A stretch of 62,564 bases of DNA, the filler included. It is 4 parts of 4 records of this genome, joined end to end, with 100 filler letters (N's around TTAATTAATTAA, not from the genome) between each part and the next. Parts side by side here need not be neighbours in the genome. Positions count along the whole stretch, not along the records: positions 40,423 to 46,978 come from SRR31156797_14921; positions 47,079 to 62,564 come from SRR31156797_14931; 2 more parts are not named here. One strand, written 5' to 3'. A program made the position numbers and the translations under genes. Positions 45,562-54,781 of the stretch are shown here, one piece after another. The notes beneath the pieces are model-generated. The model had not been told where the DNA came from. It made no database searches and saw only the letters and a program-made list of their open reading frames with translations. Every line of letters begins with the position of its first letter. The stretch's first letter is position 1.

Positions 45562-46614
45562 ATGGGTACTATTCATCAGAGAAACCAAGAATTTGACGAA
45601 TATTTAGATTCAAAAGGCTCGTATGTTATTGAAGGTTTATCCTTCTTTCCAAGTGACATATTATTCACTCAAGACCCAGATGGATATAAAGCTGCATTGG
45701 AAGATTGGATATCCTCTGTTAGAGAAGAGCTTATTCAACGTACTTTTGATACATTAAACTATGGGTCAAATAATGACCGCTTTTCGAGATTGGCGAATGC
45801 TATTAATAAGGGGCGAGTAGTACCCTTCATAGGAGCTGGATTGTCTATTCCTTGCAACAAACCTGGATGGAAAGAATTCTTACTGGATTTAGCGGAGAAT
45901 AAAGCGAGAGTTGATGCATGCGCACTCAATATAAGACTTGAAAATGGTGAGTTTGAGGAAGTTGCAGAGGAGCTTATTGAGGCAATTGGAATGGAATGGT
46001 TTGATGAAGCTATTGAGAATACTTTTGGTGGTGAATGTCAGCACAAAGGCACGGTACTCCTACTTCCAAGATTAGTTAACAATACTGTAATTACAACGAA
46101 TTTTGACACTGTGCTTGAGGATGTTTTTGGGCGCTTCAACTGTTCTTTCCAAGAGGTTGTCGTTGGTTCCAGAGAAAGTGGTTATCTTAATTATTTGGTG
46201 GAAGGAAACAGGAGGGCATTGTTGAAGCTCCACGGTCACGTGCATGAAAAACCAACTAGAGTATTAACAAAACAGGAGTACGAAACAGCATATGGAACAC
46301 CAGAAATTGATTTCGAAAAACCACTACCCCAAGTACTTCGTCATGTCTATATATCACATTGTCTTCTTTTTTTAGGTTGTAGTCTCCATAGAGATAGAAC
46401 AGTCAAGCTGTTTGAGATAGTGAAGACTAATATGGAGCAAGGTCTTTCCCCAAGACATTGGGCAATCCTTGAGAGACCGAATGATGATGAAGGAATAGTC
46501 GAAAGGGAGAAGTTTTTAACTGAAAGAAATATTTTTCCTATTTGGTATCCGGCAGGGGAACACGATATAGTTGAAGGGCTCCTGCTTTTGCTTATAGGCC
46601 AAATAACATCATAA
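45562..46614 (+). CDS. SIR2-like (SIR2_2) domain protein, putative NADase defence effector
   Basis: VPFIGAGLS...PGW, ITTNFD, LLKLHG, LFLGCSL. ATG 45562 preferred over TTG 45544. Visibly more AT-rich than hsdR. Confidence 0.85.
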   Translation: MGTIHQRNQEFDEYLDSKGSYVIEGLSFFPSDILFTQDPDGYKAALEDWISSVREELIQRTFDTLNYGSNNDRFSRLANAINKGRVVPFIGAGLSIPCNKPGWKEFLLDLAENKARVDACALNIRLENGEFEEVAEELIEAIGMEWFDEAIENTFGGECQHKGTVLLLPRLVNNTVITTNFDTVLEDVFGRFNCSFQEVVVGSRESGYLNYLVEGNRRALLKLHGHVHEKPTRVLTKQEYETAYGTPEIDFEKPLPQVLRHVYISHCLLFLGCSLHRDRTVKLFEIVKTNMEQGLSPRHWAILERPNDDEGIVEREKFLTERNIFPIWYPAGEHDIVEGLLLLLIGQITS

Positions 46615-46630
46615 TCGATACCTTTAATTG

Positions 46631-46849
46631 TGTATAACAGTTAAGATCTTCCCATACAGTTTCCCGATTATGTAAATAGTTTTCGCAGGATGCCGCCCCA
46701 AGGGGATCTTTAAAAATCCCCCTGGGGATGGTGGTCTGCTTTCCTCTCGGTATAATGAAAACTTCCACACCAACATTAACCGAAAGGAGAAGCATATGAT
46801 CACCAAAAAGAAATTAGCACAAAAGAGGCTCTGTATAAGCATATTTTAG
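46631..46849 (+). mobile_element. Possible IS481-family left-end remnant
   Basis: Begins TGTATAACAGTTAAGATCT... (TGT end), TATAAT at 46751, AAGGAG RBS, and micro-ORF MITKKKLAQKRL... (46796-46849) resembling IS481 transposase N-termini as I recall them. Confidence 0.4.
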
Positions 46850-46911
46850 CTGATGTGAAATACTCTAAAGTGCGATTTATAGTGCTTACCGTGAGCTTAC
46901 CGACAATAAAA

Positions 46912-46941
46912 AAGGACCTAGGCTTGTCAGCCTAAGTCCTT
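46912..46941 (-). terminator. Hairpin/terminator downstream of the tRNA 3' end (island border)
   Basis: AAGGACCTAGGC / GCCTAAGTCCTT with a T-run on the minus strand; preceded by the direct repeat GCTTACCG at 46884 and 46895. Confidence 0.6.
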
Positions 46942-46949
46942 GAATTCTC

Positions 46950-46978
46950 TGGAGCCGGCGATGGGATTTGAACCCGCG
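46950..46978 (-). tRNA. 3' end of a tRNA (probably tRNA-Thr) or its att-site duplicate; truncated by contig end
   Basis: Reverse complement CGCGGGTTCAAATCCCATCGCCGGCTCCA = T-arm (GGTTCAAATCC), acceptor strand and CCA. Anticodon not visible; Thr is inferred from the acceptor stem. Confidence 0.75.
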
Positions 46979-47078
46979 NNNNNNNNNNNNNNNNNNNNNN
47001 NNNNNNNNNNNNNNNNNNNNNNTTAATTAATTAANNNNNNNNNNNNNNNNNNNNNNNNNNNNNNNNNNNNNNNNNNNN
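46979..47078. other. Artificial contig-joining spacer
   Basis: N44-TTAATTAATTAA-N44. Confidence 0.98.
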
Positions 47079-47309
47079 TACTGCTACAAGTGCGACGGCA
47101 TGGCTTCCCTGAGAACCTGCCCCCACGAAAAAGAGTCCCGCGTAATCCTCTCCGGTACCAAACTGCGTAAAGCTCTCTCTGACGGCGCTGAAATCGTTGA
47201 TCACTTCGGTCGTGACGAAGTTATCGTACAGCTCCGCGAATACTACGAAGGCCTCACCGAAAAGGTTGAAGTCAAAATGCAGGGCGCAGCTTCTGGCGAC
47301 GCAATGTAA
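47079..47309 (+). CDS. sat: Sulfate adenylyltransferase, C-terminal fragment
   Basis: [16 protein letters not shown] (Zn site), [18 protein letters not shown]; open from the contig start. Confidence 0.9.
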   Translation, partial: YCYKCDGMASLRTCPHEKESRVILSGTKLRKALSDGAEIVDHFGRDEVIVQLREYYEGLTEKVEVKMQGAASGDAM

Positions 47310-47336
47310 TTAAGTAGTATTACTACTTGCTTATTC

Positions 47337-47369
47337 AGGGGGGAGGCGGTTTTCGCCTCTCCCCTTTTT
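47337..47369 (+). terminator. Rho-independent terminator
   Basis: AGGGGGGAGGCG / CGCCTCTCCCCT plus T-run. Confidence 0.8.
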
Positions 47370-47489
47370 CTTTTTTAACGGGCAGATAGGGCTTCTTTTT
47401 TTACACCACAAATCAGAGGGGTTGCCCATCGGGAGAAATCGCGCTATTAAGGTGGACTTCTCTATATCACATTTCAGGAAACAAAAAAA

Positions 47490-49130
47490 ATGCCCGAATA
47501 TAAAAAATTTGACCGCTCCGGCGGTGCCGCACCGCGTAGACAGTCCCTGCTCGACGAAATCAAAGAGCTGGACGCAAGACTTCTTTCCCTCGTATCCCGC
47601 AGAAACTACCTCATGGGTAAAGCTGCCTCCAAGCGCAAGCAAAAAGGTTTGCCTCTTGGTGATCCAGATATGGAAAGACGTATCTTTGAAACATGGTCTG
47701 CAGAAGCCGGTCACAAAAAATTTGATCTTAAAACAGCGCGCCGCGTTTTCGAACAGCTCAACAACCTTGCCTATGCCGGAGTTGCCAAGCCCGAGAACCG
47801 AAAGCTTTCTACATATGTATTATCTCCGCCGCAAAAACCGGTAAACGTAACCTTTGACGGACCAGGTTCTCTTTTTCAGTCCAAACTTTGGATCGCACTT
47901 AGTGCTGCAGCCGGAGCCGAGACTAAAATGGGCCCTCTGTGCGTCAATGATGAGATCACTGAACTTATTAAGGCGTTCAATCAGGCCGGAGCACACCTTT
48001 CTTGGGATGGTGAAACTATTGAATCCCGTTCCGGTGAAGGAATCGACTTTGAAGAAAAGCTGGTCTTTGCCGGTGACAATGCAATGACCATGTTTCTGGC
48101 CATTGCATTCGGTCTCAAGACTGTAGGTAAATTCAAGATTGCCGGCGGCCCCATCCTCAAGCAGTACGATTCCAGACCGCTGGCTGAAGTTCTTTCTCCG
48201 CTCGGTGCCAGATTGAATACTCTTGATCTGCAAAGCCACGGTTTGCCCGCTCGTCTTGAATGCGGCGGACGCATGGCTTCTTCCATTGAAATTTCTGAAG
48301 ACATTCCTGCTGAATTTATTGCTGCGCTGGCTCTGGCCGCCTGGACCTATCCGCAGGGACTGACCCTCAAGTTCGCTGAAGGCTGGCATGGAGTAGACCT
48401 GCTTAAGGCGGTTGTTACTGTGCTTAAAAAGTGTGGAGTTAAAGCCAAACTTAGCGAAACCGAATGTTCTATTCCCGCAACAAAGGAAATCTCTGTTCCC
48501 GAGGAGCCTGCCATTGCGCTGGAACCTGAACTTTGCGCAGCACTGCTGGCTATCCCCGCATTCAGCAACGGACAGGTGACCCTGAACGGTGACTGGCCCA
48601 AAACTGATACTGCAGAAGATGCACTCCAGATTCTCAAGGCGGGCGGCCTGGACATTAAAATTTCCAAAGGAAGCATCACTGCAAGCAAGGGTGAAGCGGC
48701 AGCAGAAGCTTCCTTTGATTTCGGAAACGCAAGCGACCTCTTCCCCGTTGGTCTGGCCCTCGCGATCAACTCCCGTTCTGAGTGCAAGGTCAGCAACATC
48801 GCTGACGCAGTGATGTTTGAACAGGGCATTGAACTGCTTGAACGCCTCGGCGTCAAATATGAACGCGGAGAAGAAGAACTCACAGTTCTTCCCGGCAGAC
48901 TCAAATGGGACGAAGCTTGGTCAGCACCTACTCCCTTCTTCGGTATTGCTCTCGGTCTCATGGCTTGGATGCGTCCGGGAATTGCCCTTGAAAACCCCGG
49001 CGATATCTCTGATCTCTGGCCACGTTACTGGACCCTCTACAACAGCCTGCCGGAAATCAACGGACTCAAAGACCCTGAGGTTAAGAAAAAAGATGAATCA
49101 ACAACCCGAAGAAGAATTAAAATCGACTAG
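47490..49130 (+). CDS. Chorismate-mutase-like domain fused to a degenerate EPSP-synthase (AroA)-like domain
   Basis: N-terminal LLDEIKELDARLLSLVSRR...KRK...DPDME (AroQ-like). The remainder follows the AroA layout (PGS, SRPL..L..LGA) but lacks the canonical catalytic motifs. Confidence 0.7.
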   Translation: MPEYKKFDRSGGAAPRRQSLLDEIKELDARLLSLVSRRNYLMGKAASKRKQKGLPLGDPDMERRIFETWSAEAGHKKFDLKTARRVFEQLNNLAYAGVAKPENRKLSTYVLSPPQKPVNVTFDGPGSLFQSKLWIALSAAAGAETKMGPLCVNDEITELIKAFNQAGAHLSWDGETIESRSGEGIDFEEKLVFAGDNAMTMFLAIAFGLKTVGKFKIAGGPILKQYDSRPLAEVLSPLGARLNTLDLQSHGLPARLECGGRMASSIEISEDIPAEFIAALALAAWTYPQGLTLKFAEGWHGVDLLKAVVTVLKKCGVKAKLSETECSIPATKEISVPEEPAIALEPELCAALLAIPAFSNGQVTLNGDWPKTDTAEDALQILKAGGLDIKISKGSITASKGEAAAEASFDFGNASDLFPVGLALAINSRSECKVSNIADAVMFEQGIELLERLGVKYERGEEELTVLPGRLKWDEAWSAPTPFFGIALGLMAWMRPGIALENPGDISDLWPRYWTLYNSLPEINGLKDPEVKKKDESTTRRRIKID

Positions 49131-49347
49131 CATCCCTGAGATCGAAGTAGAAATTGAGAACTTCAAGAAGGAACTTACACTCTGCCTGCAGCGCACCAAG
49201 AAGCTGATGGCGAGTGAAGATCCTTCTGAAGGGATCTTTTTTGCCAAGGAAATATTCGAATCCCAGCAGGATAAACTGCGTCTGGAAGCAGAGATTGACA
49301 TCCGTCAACGAAAAATAAACCGAATGCGCCTCGGAATGGAAGGATAA
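49093..49347 (+). CDS. Small hypothetical coiled-coil protein
   Basis: MNQQPEEELK...EDPSEGIFFAKEIFESQQDKLRLE; C-terminal part of the 176-aa track ORF, overlapping the upstream gene end. Confidence 0.6.
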   Translation: MNQQPEEELKSTSIPEIEVEIENFKKELTLCLQRTKKLMASEDPSEGIFFAKEIFESQQDKLRLEAEIDIRQRKINRMRLGMEG

Positions 49348-49470
49348 TAGATCCCCGCCCTCTCATAACAGCTTTAGCGGGCACTTTATGAAGTACGCGG
49401 GTATGCGACGTACCACAGGACACTTAGTTTCAAATCTGCTTATGAAAAGCACAATTACACCGGAGGTATC

Positions 49471-51387
49471 ATGGGTTTAAATATTACTGAAAAGATCATA
49501 TCTGCGCATCTTTTGGACGGCGAAATGAAGCCGGGAACAGAAGTCGGGCTACGAATTGATCAAACTCTCACTCAGGATGCCACCGGCACCATGGCTTATC
49601 TGCAATTTGAAGCTATGGGTATTGATAAGGTCCAGACCGAACTTTCCGTAAGTTACGTGGACCACAACACCCTGCAGATGGGTTTTCGCAACCCTGATGA
49701 CCACCAGTACCTGCGTACTGTTGCTGCCAAGCACGGCGTTGTTTTCTCCCCTGCCGGAACCGGTATCTGTCACCAGTTGCATCTGGAGAACTTTGCCAAA
49801 CCTGGCAAGACCCTGATCGGTTCCGACAGTCATACTCCCACCGCAGGTGGACTGGGTATGCTGGCCATGGGCGCTGGCGGACTTTCCGTTGCTCTGGCCA
49901 TGGCCGGACAGCCGTATTCCATTCCCATGCCTCAAGTAGTCAAGGTAGTTCTTACCGGCGAACTGACCGGATGGGCTTCAGCCAAAGACATCATCCTCAA
50001 ACTGCTGGAACTCAAGACCGTTAAAGGCGGCGTGGGTAAGGTTTTCGAATTTGCCGGCGAAGGAGTGAGAACCCTTTCCGTTCCTGAACGTGCGGTAATC
50101 ACCAATATGGGTGCTGAACTGGGTGCGACCACTTCTATCTTCCCCAGTGATGATAATACCAAAGCATTCCTCAAAGCCATGGGGCGCGAAGACGACTGGT
50201 CTGAACTCATCGCTGACGCAGATGCAACTTACACAGAAGTTGTTGAAATCAACCTTTCCGAACTGGAGCCGCTGGTAGCCCAGCCGCATATGCCTGACCG
50301 GGTAGTTACTGTTAAATCCCTTGCCGGACTTAAAGTTAACCAGTCCGCCATCGGCTCCTGCACCAACTCTTCCTACTCCGACCTGAAAACAACCGCGCTG
50401 ATTCTGCAGAACCAGCAGTTGCCTGAAGGTGTGGACCTGATGATCTCCCCCGGCTCCAAGCAGGTTCTCAAGATGCTTGCTTCAGACGGACTGATCGCCA
50501 ATTTCCTTGATTCCGGCGCAAGGCTGCTCGAATGTACCTGCGGCCCCTGCATCGGCATGGGCGGCTCCCCTACTTCTGCCGGGGTGAGCGTGCGTACCTT
50601 CAACCGCAACTTTGAAGGCCGCAGCGGAACACAGGATGCGCAGGTATACCTCGCCAGCCCGCAGACCGCTGCCAAACTGGCACTTGCCGGTAAATTCACC
50701 GATCCCGCGACTTGGGGCACTCCCCCAGCCAAGATCGATTTCCCGAAAGAAGTTCCTTCCATCCGCCATCTGTTCATCTTCCCTCCCGAAAACAGGGCCG
50801 AAGTTGAAATCGTGCGTGGACCGAACATTGTTCCTCTTGAAACATTCTCCGCCCTGCCGGATCAGATTTCCTCTGAAATCCGCCTCAAGGTTGAAGACGA
50901 CATCACCACGGACCACATTCTGCCTGCGGGAGCGCAGATTACTGCACTGCGTTCTAACATCCCGGCTATCAGTGAATACATTTTCAGCCGTGTTGATGAA
51001 GGTTTCGTGGGCCGCATGAAGGCTGCCCAGAACGGAATCATCCTTGGTGGAGAAAATTACGGACAGGGTTCCAGCCGCGAGCATGCAGCTCTCGGCCCCC
51101 GTCATCTGGGCGTTGTTGCCGTAATTACCAAGTCACTTGCACGCATTCATCGTGCAAATCTTATCAATTTTGGCATTCTACCCCTTGTACTCTCTGAAAA
51201 GAGCGATTACGACAAACTGTCGGAAGGTATTAAATTGACCCTTGATACCACCACCATCACTCCTGGCGGAGAAGCAGTTGCCATGGCGGATGGAGTTGAA
51301 ATCAAAGTCAAAAACGACCTTTCGGAAAAAGAGCTTGAGATTATCAAATCCGGCGGCCTTCTGAACTACGTCGGTAAACAACTGTAA
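49471..51387 (+). CDS. Aconitate hydratase (short single-chain type)
   Basis: QDATGT, DHN, GICHQ, GSDSHT, IGSCTN, CGPCIG, RTFNRNF.GR, ITTDHI, NYGQGSSREHA. Confidence 0.92.
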   Translation: MGLNITEKIISAHLLDGEMKPGTEVGLRIDQTLTQDATGTMAYLQFEAMGIDKVQTELSVSYVDHNTLQMGFRNPDDHQYLRTVAAKHGVVFSPAGTGICHQLHLENFAKPGKTLIGSDSHTPTAGGLGMLAMGAGGLSVALAMAGQPYSIPMPQVVKVVLTGELTGWASAKDIILKLLELKTVKGGVGKVFEFAGEGVRTLSVPERAVITNMGAELGATTSIFPSDDNTKAFLKAMGREDDWSELIADADATYTEVVEINLSELEPLVAQPHMPDRVVTVKSLAGLKVNQSAIGSCTNSSYSDLKTTALILQNQQLPEGVDLMISPGSKQVLKMLASDGLIANFLDSGARLLECTCGPCIGMGGSPTSAGVSVRTFNRNFEGRSGTQDAQVYLASPQTAAKLALAGKFTDPATWGTPPAKIDFPKEVPSIRHLFIFPPENRAEVEIVRGPNIVPLETFSALPDQISSEIRLKVEDDITTDHILPAGAQITALRSNIPAISEYIFSRVDEGFVGRMKAAQNGIILGGENYGQGSSREHAALGPRHLGVVAVITKSLARIHRANLINFGILPLVLSEKSDYDKLSEGIKLTLDTTTITPGGEAVAMADGVEIKVKNDLSEKELEIIKSGGLLNYVGKQL

Positions 51388-51394
51388 ATGAGTA

Positions 51395-51428
51395 CGGCAG
51401 GGCATCCACAATGGTGGATGCCCTGCCG
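51395..51428. terminator. GC-rich hairpin after aconitase
   Basis: 15-bp perfect IR CGGCAGGGCATCCAC / GTGGATGCCCTGCCG. Confidence 0.6.
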
Positions 51429-51487
51429 GTTGAAATAGAATAAACACTTGAAAGCAGCACCTGCTGCAAACGGAGACTGAAGAAGCT

Positions 51488-53389
51488 ATGATGGACATTC
51501 TGCGCCAAAATGCCCAGAGCTGGGGTATCAAAATCGCATTCGGTATCATTATCGCAGTTTTTATTTTTGCCTTCGGCGCCGGCGGATTCAACGGCAACAC
51601 CGATCCGGTAATCGCTTATGTTAACGACCAGCCAGTTCCTACTCAGGAATTCATGCAAGTCTACCGCGAAACCGCTGAGGCATTGCGAGCCCAGAATCCC
51701 AACTTAGACTCCGATCAGCTGCAGTCACCTGAATTCAAAAAAGCTGTTCTTGAGCAACTGGTCAGCCAAAAACTTCTGGAAGCTGAAGCCGAAAAACTCG
51801 GCCTTTCTGTTTCCAATAGCGAGCTTTCCTACAGCATCAGCCAGATTCCTGCTTTTGCAAGTAAAGACGGCAAATTCGACATGAACCTGTATCAGGCTTT
51901 CCTGCAGAGCAGATCCATGTCCGCATCCACCTTTGAAAATGACATGCGTAACAGCGCGCTGATCCGCAAACTTCAGGAATACGTGACCATGCCGGTCAAA
52001 CCCACTGAAGCTGACGCCCGCGCTCTTTTCGACTCTGCATCTGAGAAGGTCCAGATCGACTACTACTATGTATCCGGTGCTGATTTCATGAAGAATGTGA
52101 AGATCAGTGACAAACAGATTGAAGACTTCTACAAAGCAAATCCGGACAAATTTACTATCCCGGCCCGCTCTGTAGTTAAATACATTGCCTTCACCCCGGA
52201 TGAACTGGCCATCAACGAGACTGTGACCCCCGAAGAGATTAAGGCGTACTACGAAGCCAACAAAGAATCTTTCCAGCAGGAAGCTCAGGTCAAAGCCCGT
52301 CATATCCTGATCACAGTTGATGAGAATGCAGCTGACAAAGATGTTGCTGCAGCTGAAAAGAAAGTTAAAAGAATCCTCGTCAAAGCCAAATCCGGTCAGG
52401 ATTTCGGTAAACTGGCTAAGAAATATTCCGAAGGCCCCAGCAGCTCCAAAGGTGGAGAACTTGGCTGGTTTGGCCGCGGTGCCATGGTTAAACCTTTTGA
52501 AGAGGCTGCATTCGCACTCAAAAAAGGTGAAGTCAGCAAGCCAGTGCGTACCCGCTTCGGTTGGCACCTGATCAAAATCGACGACATCCGTGAACCCGGT
52601 CAGAAAGAGCTTGATCAGGTTAAGGACGAAATCACTTCCATGATCGCTCAGGAAAAAGCAGCAGATTCCATCACTGACAAGCTTGACCACGCTATTGACC
52701 TGCTCGCTTCCGGTATGAAACTGGACAAGGTATCTGAAGAACTGGGCATTGCCTTCAAGAAAAGTGAACAGGCTACAGCAGACAACCTTTCCCGTGCCTT
52801 CGGCATGACTGAAAGTGCAGCCCAGACAATCATCGGCCTGCCTAAAGGCAGCTCCACCGATATGCCTGTTGCCATTGACGGCGGTTACATCCTCGTAGAG
52901 AAAGAAGAAGATGTTCCTCCGTCCTTGAGTCCGCTTAAAGATCAGAAACAGGATATTAAAAGCTTTCTCAGCCAGCAGCAGGCCATGCAGATGGCTAAGA
53001 TTAAAGCCATGGCTACCTTGGGCAAACTGGTCAACAAAGCCACCGCAACCAAGGAACTCAAGTCCATCAAAAAGGATCTAAAAACTTCCGAGCCCTTCGG
53101 CCGTGACGGTTTTGTTCCCGGTCTGGGCATGAACCCCAAACTGGCTCAGGCTGCACTTGCAGGCAAAAAAGACCAGTGGATGCCCGAAGTTTTCGAACTT
53201 CCCGGCGGTTTCATTGTAGCCCGTGTTGATGAACGCATTCCCCCCAAAGAGGAAGCCTGGGCAGCTCAGAAAGATATGGTCATGGATGCTATATTCCAGC
53301 AGCGCGCCAACGAAGTATTCAGCGCGTTCCTTACTGAACTACGATCCAAAGCTAAAGTTGAGTACGTCCGCAAGGACCTCCTGAACTAG
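51488..53389 (+). CDS. ppiD: PpiD-like membrane-anchored chaperone / parvulin peptidyl-prolyl isomerase
   Basis: N-terminal TM, SurA-N region, parvulin motifs VKARHILI, FGKLAKKYSE, GGELGWF, PVRTRFGWHLIK. Confidence 0.85.
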   Translation: MMDILRQNAQSWGIKIAFGIIIAVFIFAFGAGGFNGNTDPVIAYVNDQPVPTQEFMQVYRETAEALRAQNPNLDSDQLQSPEFKKAVLEQLVSQKLLEAEAEKLGLSVSNSELSYSISQIPAFASKDGKFDMNLYQAFLQSRSMSASTFENDMRNSALIRKLQEYVTMPVKPTEADARALFDSASEKVQIDYYYVSGADFMKNVKISDKQIEDFYKANPDKFTIPARSVVKYIAFTPDELAINETVTPEEIKAYYEANKESFQQEAQVKARHILITVDENAADKDVAAAEKKVKRILVKAKSGQDFGKLAKKYSEGPSSSKGGELGWFGRGAMVKPFEEAAFALKKGEVSKPVRTRFGWHLIKIDDIREPGQKELDQVKDEITSMIAQEKAADSITDKLDHAIDLLASGMKLDKVSEELGIAFKKSEQATADNLSRAFGMTESAAQTIIGLPKGSSTDMPVAIDGGYILVEKEEDVPPSLSPLKDQKQDIKSFLSQQQAMQMAKIKAMATLGKLVNKATATKELKSIKKDLKTSEPFGRDGFVPGLGMNPKLAQAALAGKKDQWMPEVFELPGGFIVARVDERIPPKEEAWAAQKDMVMDAIFQQRANEVFSAFLTELRSKAKVEYVRKDLLN

Positions 53390-53412
53390 TCTGGTTACAC
53401 TCAGATTATACT

Positions 53413-53447
53413 AAAGGGTCTGTTCTTGCCGGAACAGACCCTTTTTT
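53413..53447 (+). terminator. Rho-independent terminator
   Basis: AAAGGGTCTGTTC / GAACAGACCCTTT plus T-run. Confidence 0.85.
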
Positions 53448-53561
53448 CATATCTTTTGTTTTAATCAACTCTTTTACCTTGCAGAGTTTTTTCCTAGAGA
53501 GTAACAACTAAAAACTACTGTCAACAGCTATGCTGACAGAGATTTCATAGGATGACAGACC

Positions 53562-54746
53562 ATGCTTAACAGTCCAAAAGGATATAAATTTGCAGCTCTC
53601 GAGGCTGGCTTTAAATATAGTGGCCGGGACGATCTGGCCCTGATTATCAGTGATGTTCCTGCGGTTGCAGCGGCTGTGTTCACGAAAAACAAATTTCAGG
53701 CAGCCCCGGTTACCGTAGGCAAAGAGATTCTTGCTGAATCACAAATTGTCCGCGGGGCAATAGTCAATGCCGGACTGGCCAATGCCTGCACCGGAACTGA
53801 AGGAATCGAAGACTGCCGTGAAAGTCTTGTGCTGGCTGCAAAATATCTTGGTTTGAATTCCTGCGATCTACTTCCTTCTTCCACCGGGGTTATTGGACCT
53901 CGCTTTAATATGGAAAAATGGCGTGAGGTTGCACCGAAACTCAAGACAGCACTTGCTGACAGTAATCCTGTCAAAGCCGCCAAAGCCATCATGACTACTG
54001 ACAAATTTCCCAAACTGGCCTGGGGTGAAATTGAATGCGACGGCAAGCCTGTGCGGATGCTCGGCATGTGCAAGGGCGCGGGTATGATCTCCCCGAATAT
54101 GGCCACCATGCTCGGTTATGTAACCTGTGATGCTGAAGTTGATCCTAAGTGGTGGCAGGATGCCCTACGTCGCTGTATCGACAAAAGTTTCAACTGTGTC
54201 ACCGTTGACGGCGATACCAGCACCAACGATACCGTTATGGCCTTTGCCAACGGAGCCTCCGGAGTCAACACAAACAGCAAAGACAAGCAGGAAGCAGTTG
54301 AAGCTCTGCTCCTCGATATCTGCCAGCAGCTTTCTTATATGATAGTTCAGGATGCCGAAGGCGGTACTAAGGTTATGCATATCAATGTCAGGGGAGCTGT
54401 TTCAGATGAAGATGCTGAACTCATAGTCCGGGCAGTGGGTAACTCCCCGCTGGTCAAGACAGCTCTTTTCGGTGAAGACCCCAACTGGGGCCGCATTGTA
54501 GCTGCGGCCGGACGCAGCGGAGCAGAATTCAACCCTGAAAAACTGACCCTGAGCTTCGGCAAAATTATGGTCTTTGAAAAAGGAAAGCCTGTTGAAGGGG
54601 ATATGGACGCTCTGCTGGAACCGATTATGCGCAAACAAGATGTTGAAGTGAACATCTCCCTCGGTGACGGCGAGGGCACATCCATGCTGCAGGCTTCTGA
54701 CCTGACCCGCGAATACATCAGCATCAACGCCGACTACCGGTCATAA
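53562..54746 (+). CDS. argJ: Bifunctional ornithine acetyltransferase / N-acetylglutamate synthase
   Basis: ANACTG, SSTGVIG, IMTTD, KGAGMISPNMATML, VDGDTSTND, DPNWGR, INADYRS. Confidence 0.96.
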   Translation: MLNSPKGYKFAALEAGFKYSGRDDLALIISDVPAVAAAVFTKNKFQAAPVTVGKEILAESQIVRGAIVNAGLANACTGTEGIEDCRESLVLAAKYLGLNSCDLLPSSTGVIGPRFNMEKWREVAPKLKTALADSNPVKAAKAIMTTDKFPKLAWGEIECDGKPVRMLGMCKGAGMISPNMATMLGYVTCDAEVDPKWWQDALRRCIDKSFNCVTVDGDTSTNDTVMAFANGASGVNTNSKDKQEAVEALLLDICQQLSYMIVQDAEGGTKVMHINVRGAVSDEDAELIVRAVGNSPLVKTALFGEDPNWGRIVAAAGRSGAEFNPEKLTLSFGKIMVFEKGKPVEGDMDALLEPIMRKQDVEVNISLGDGEGTSMLQASDLTREYISINADYRS

Positions 54747-54781
54747 TTTATAAAATCACTTAGAGATATTCAGACTTTCAT

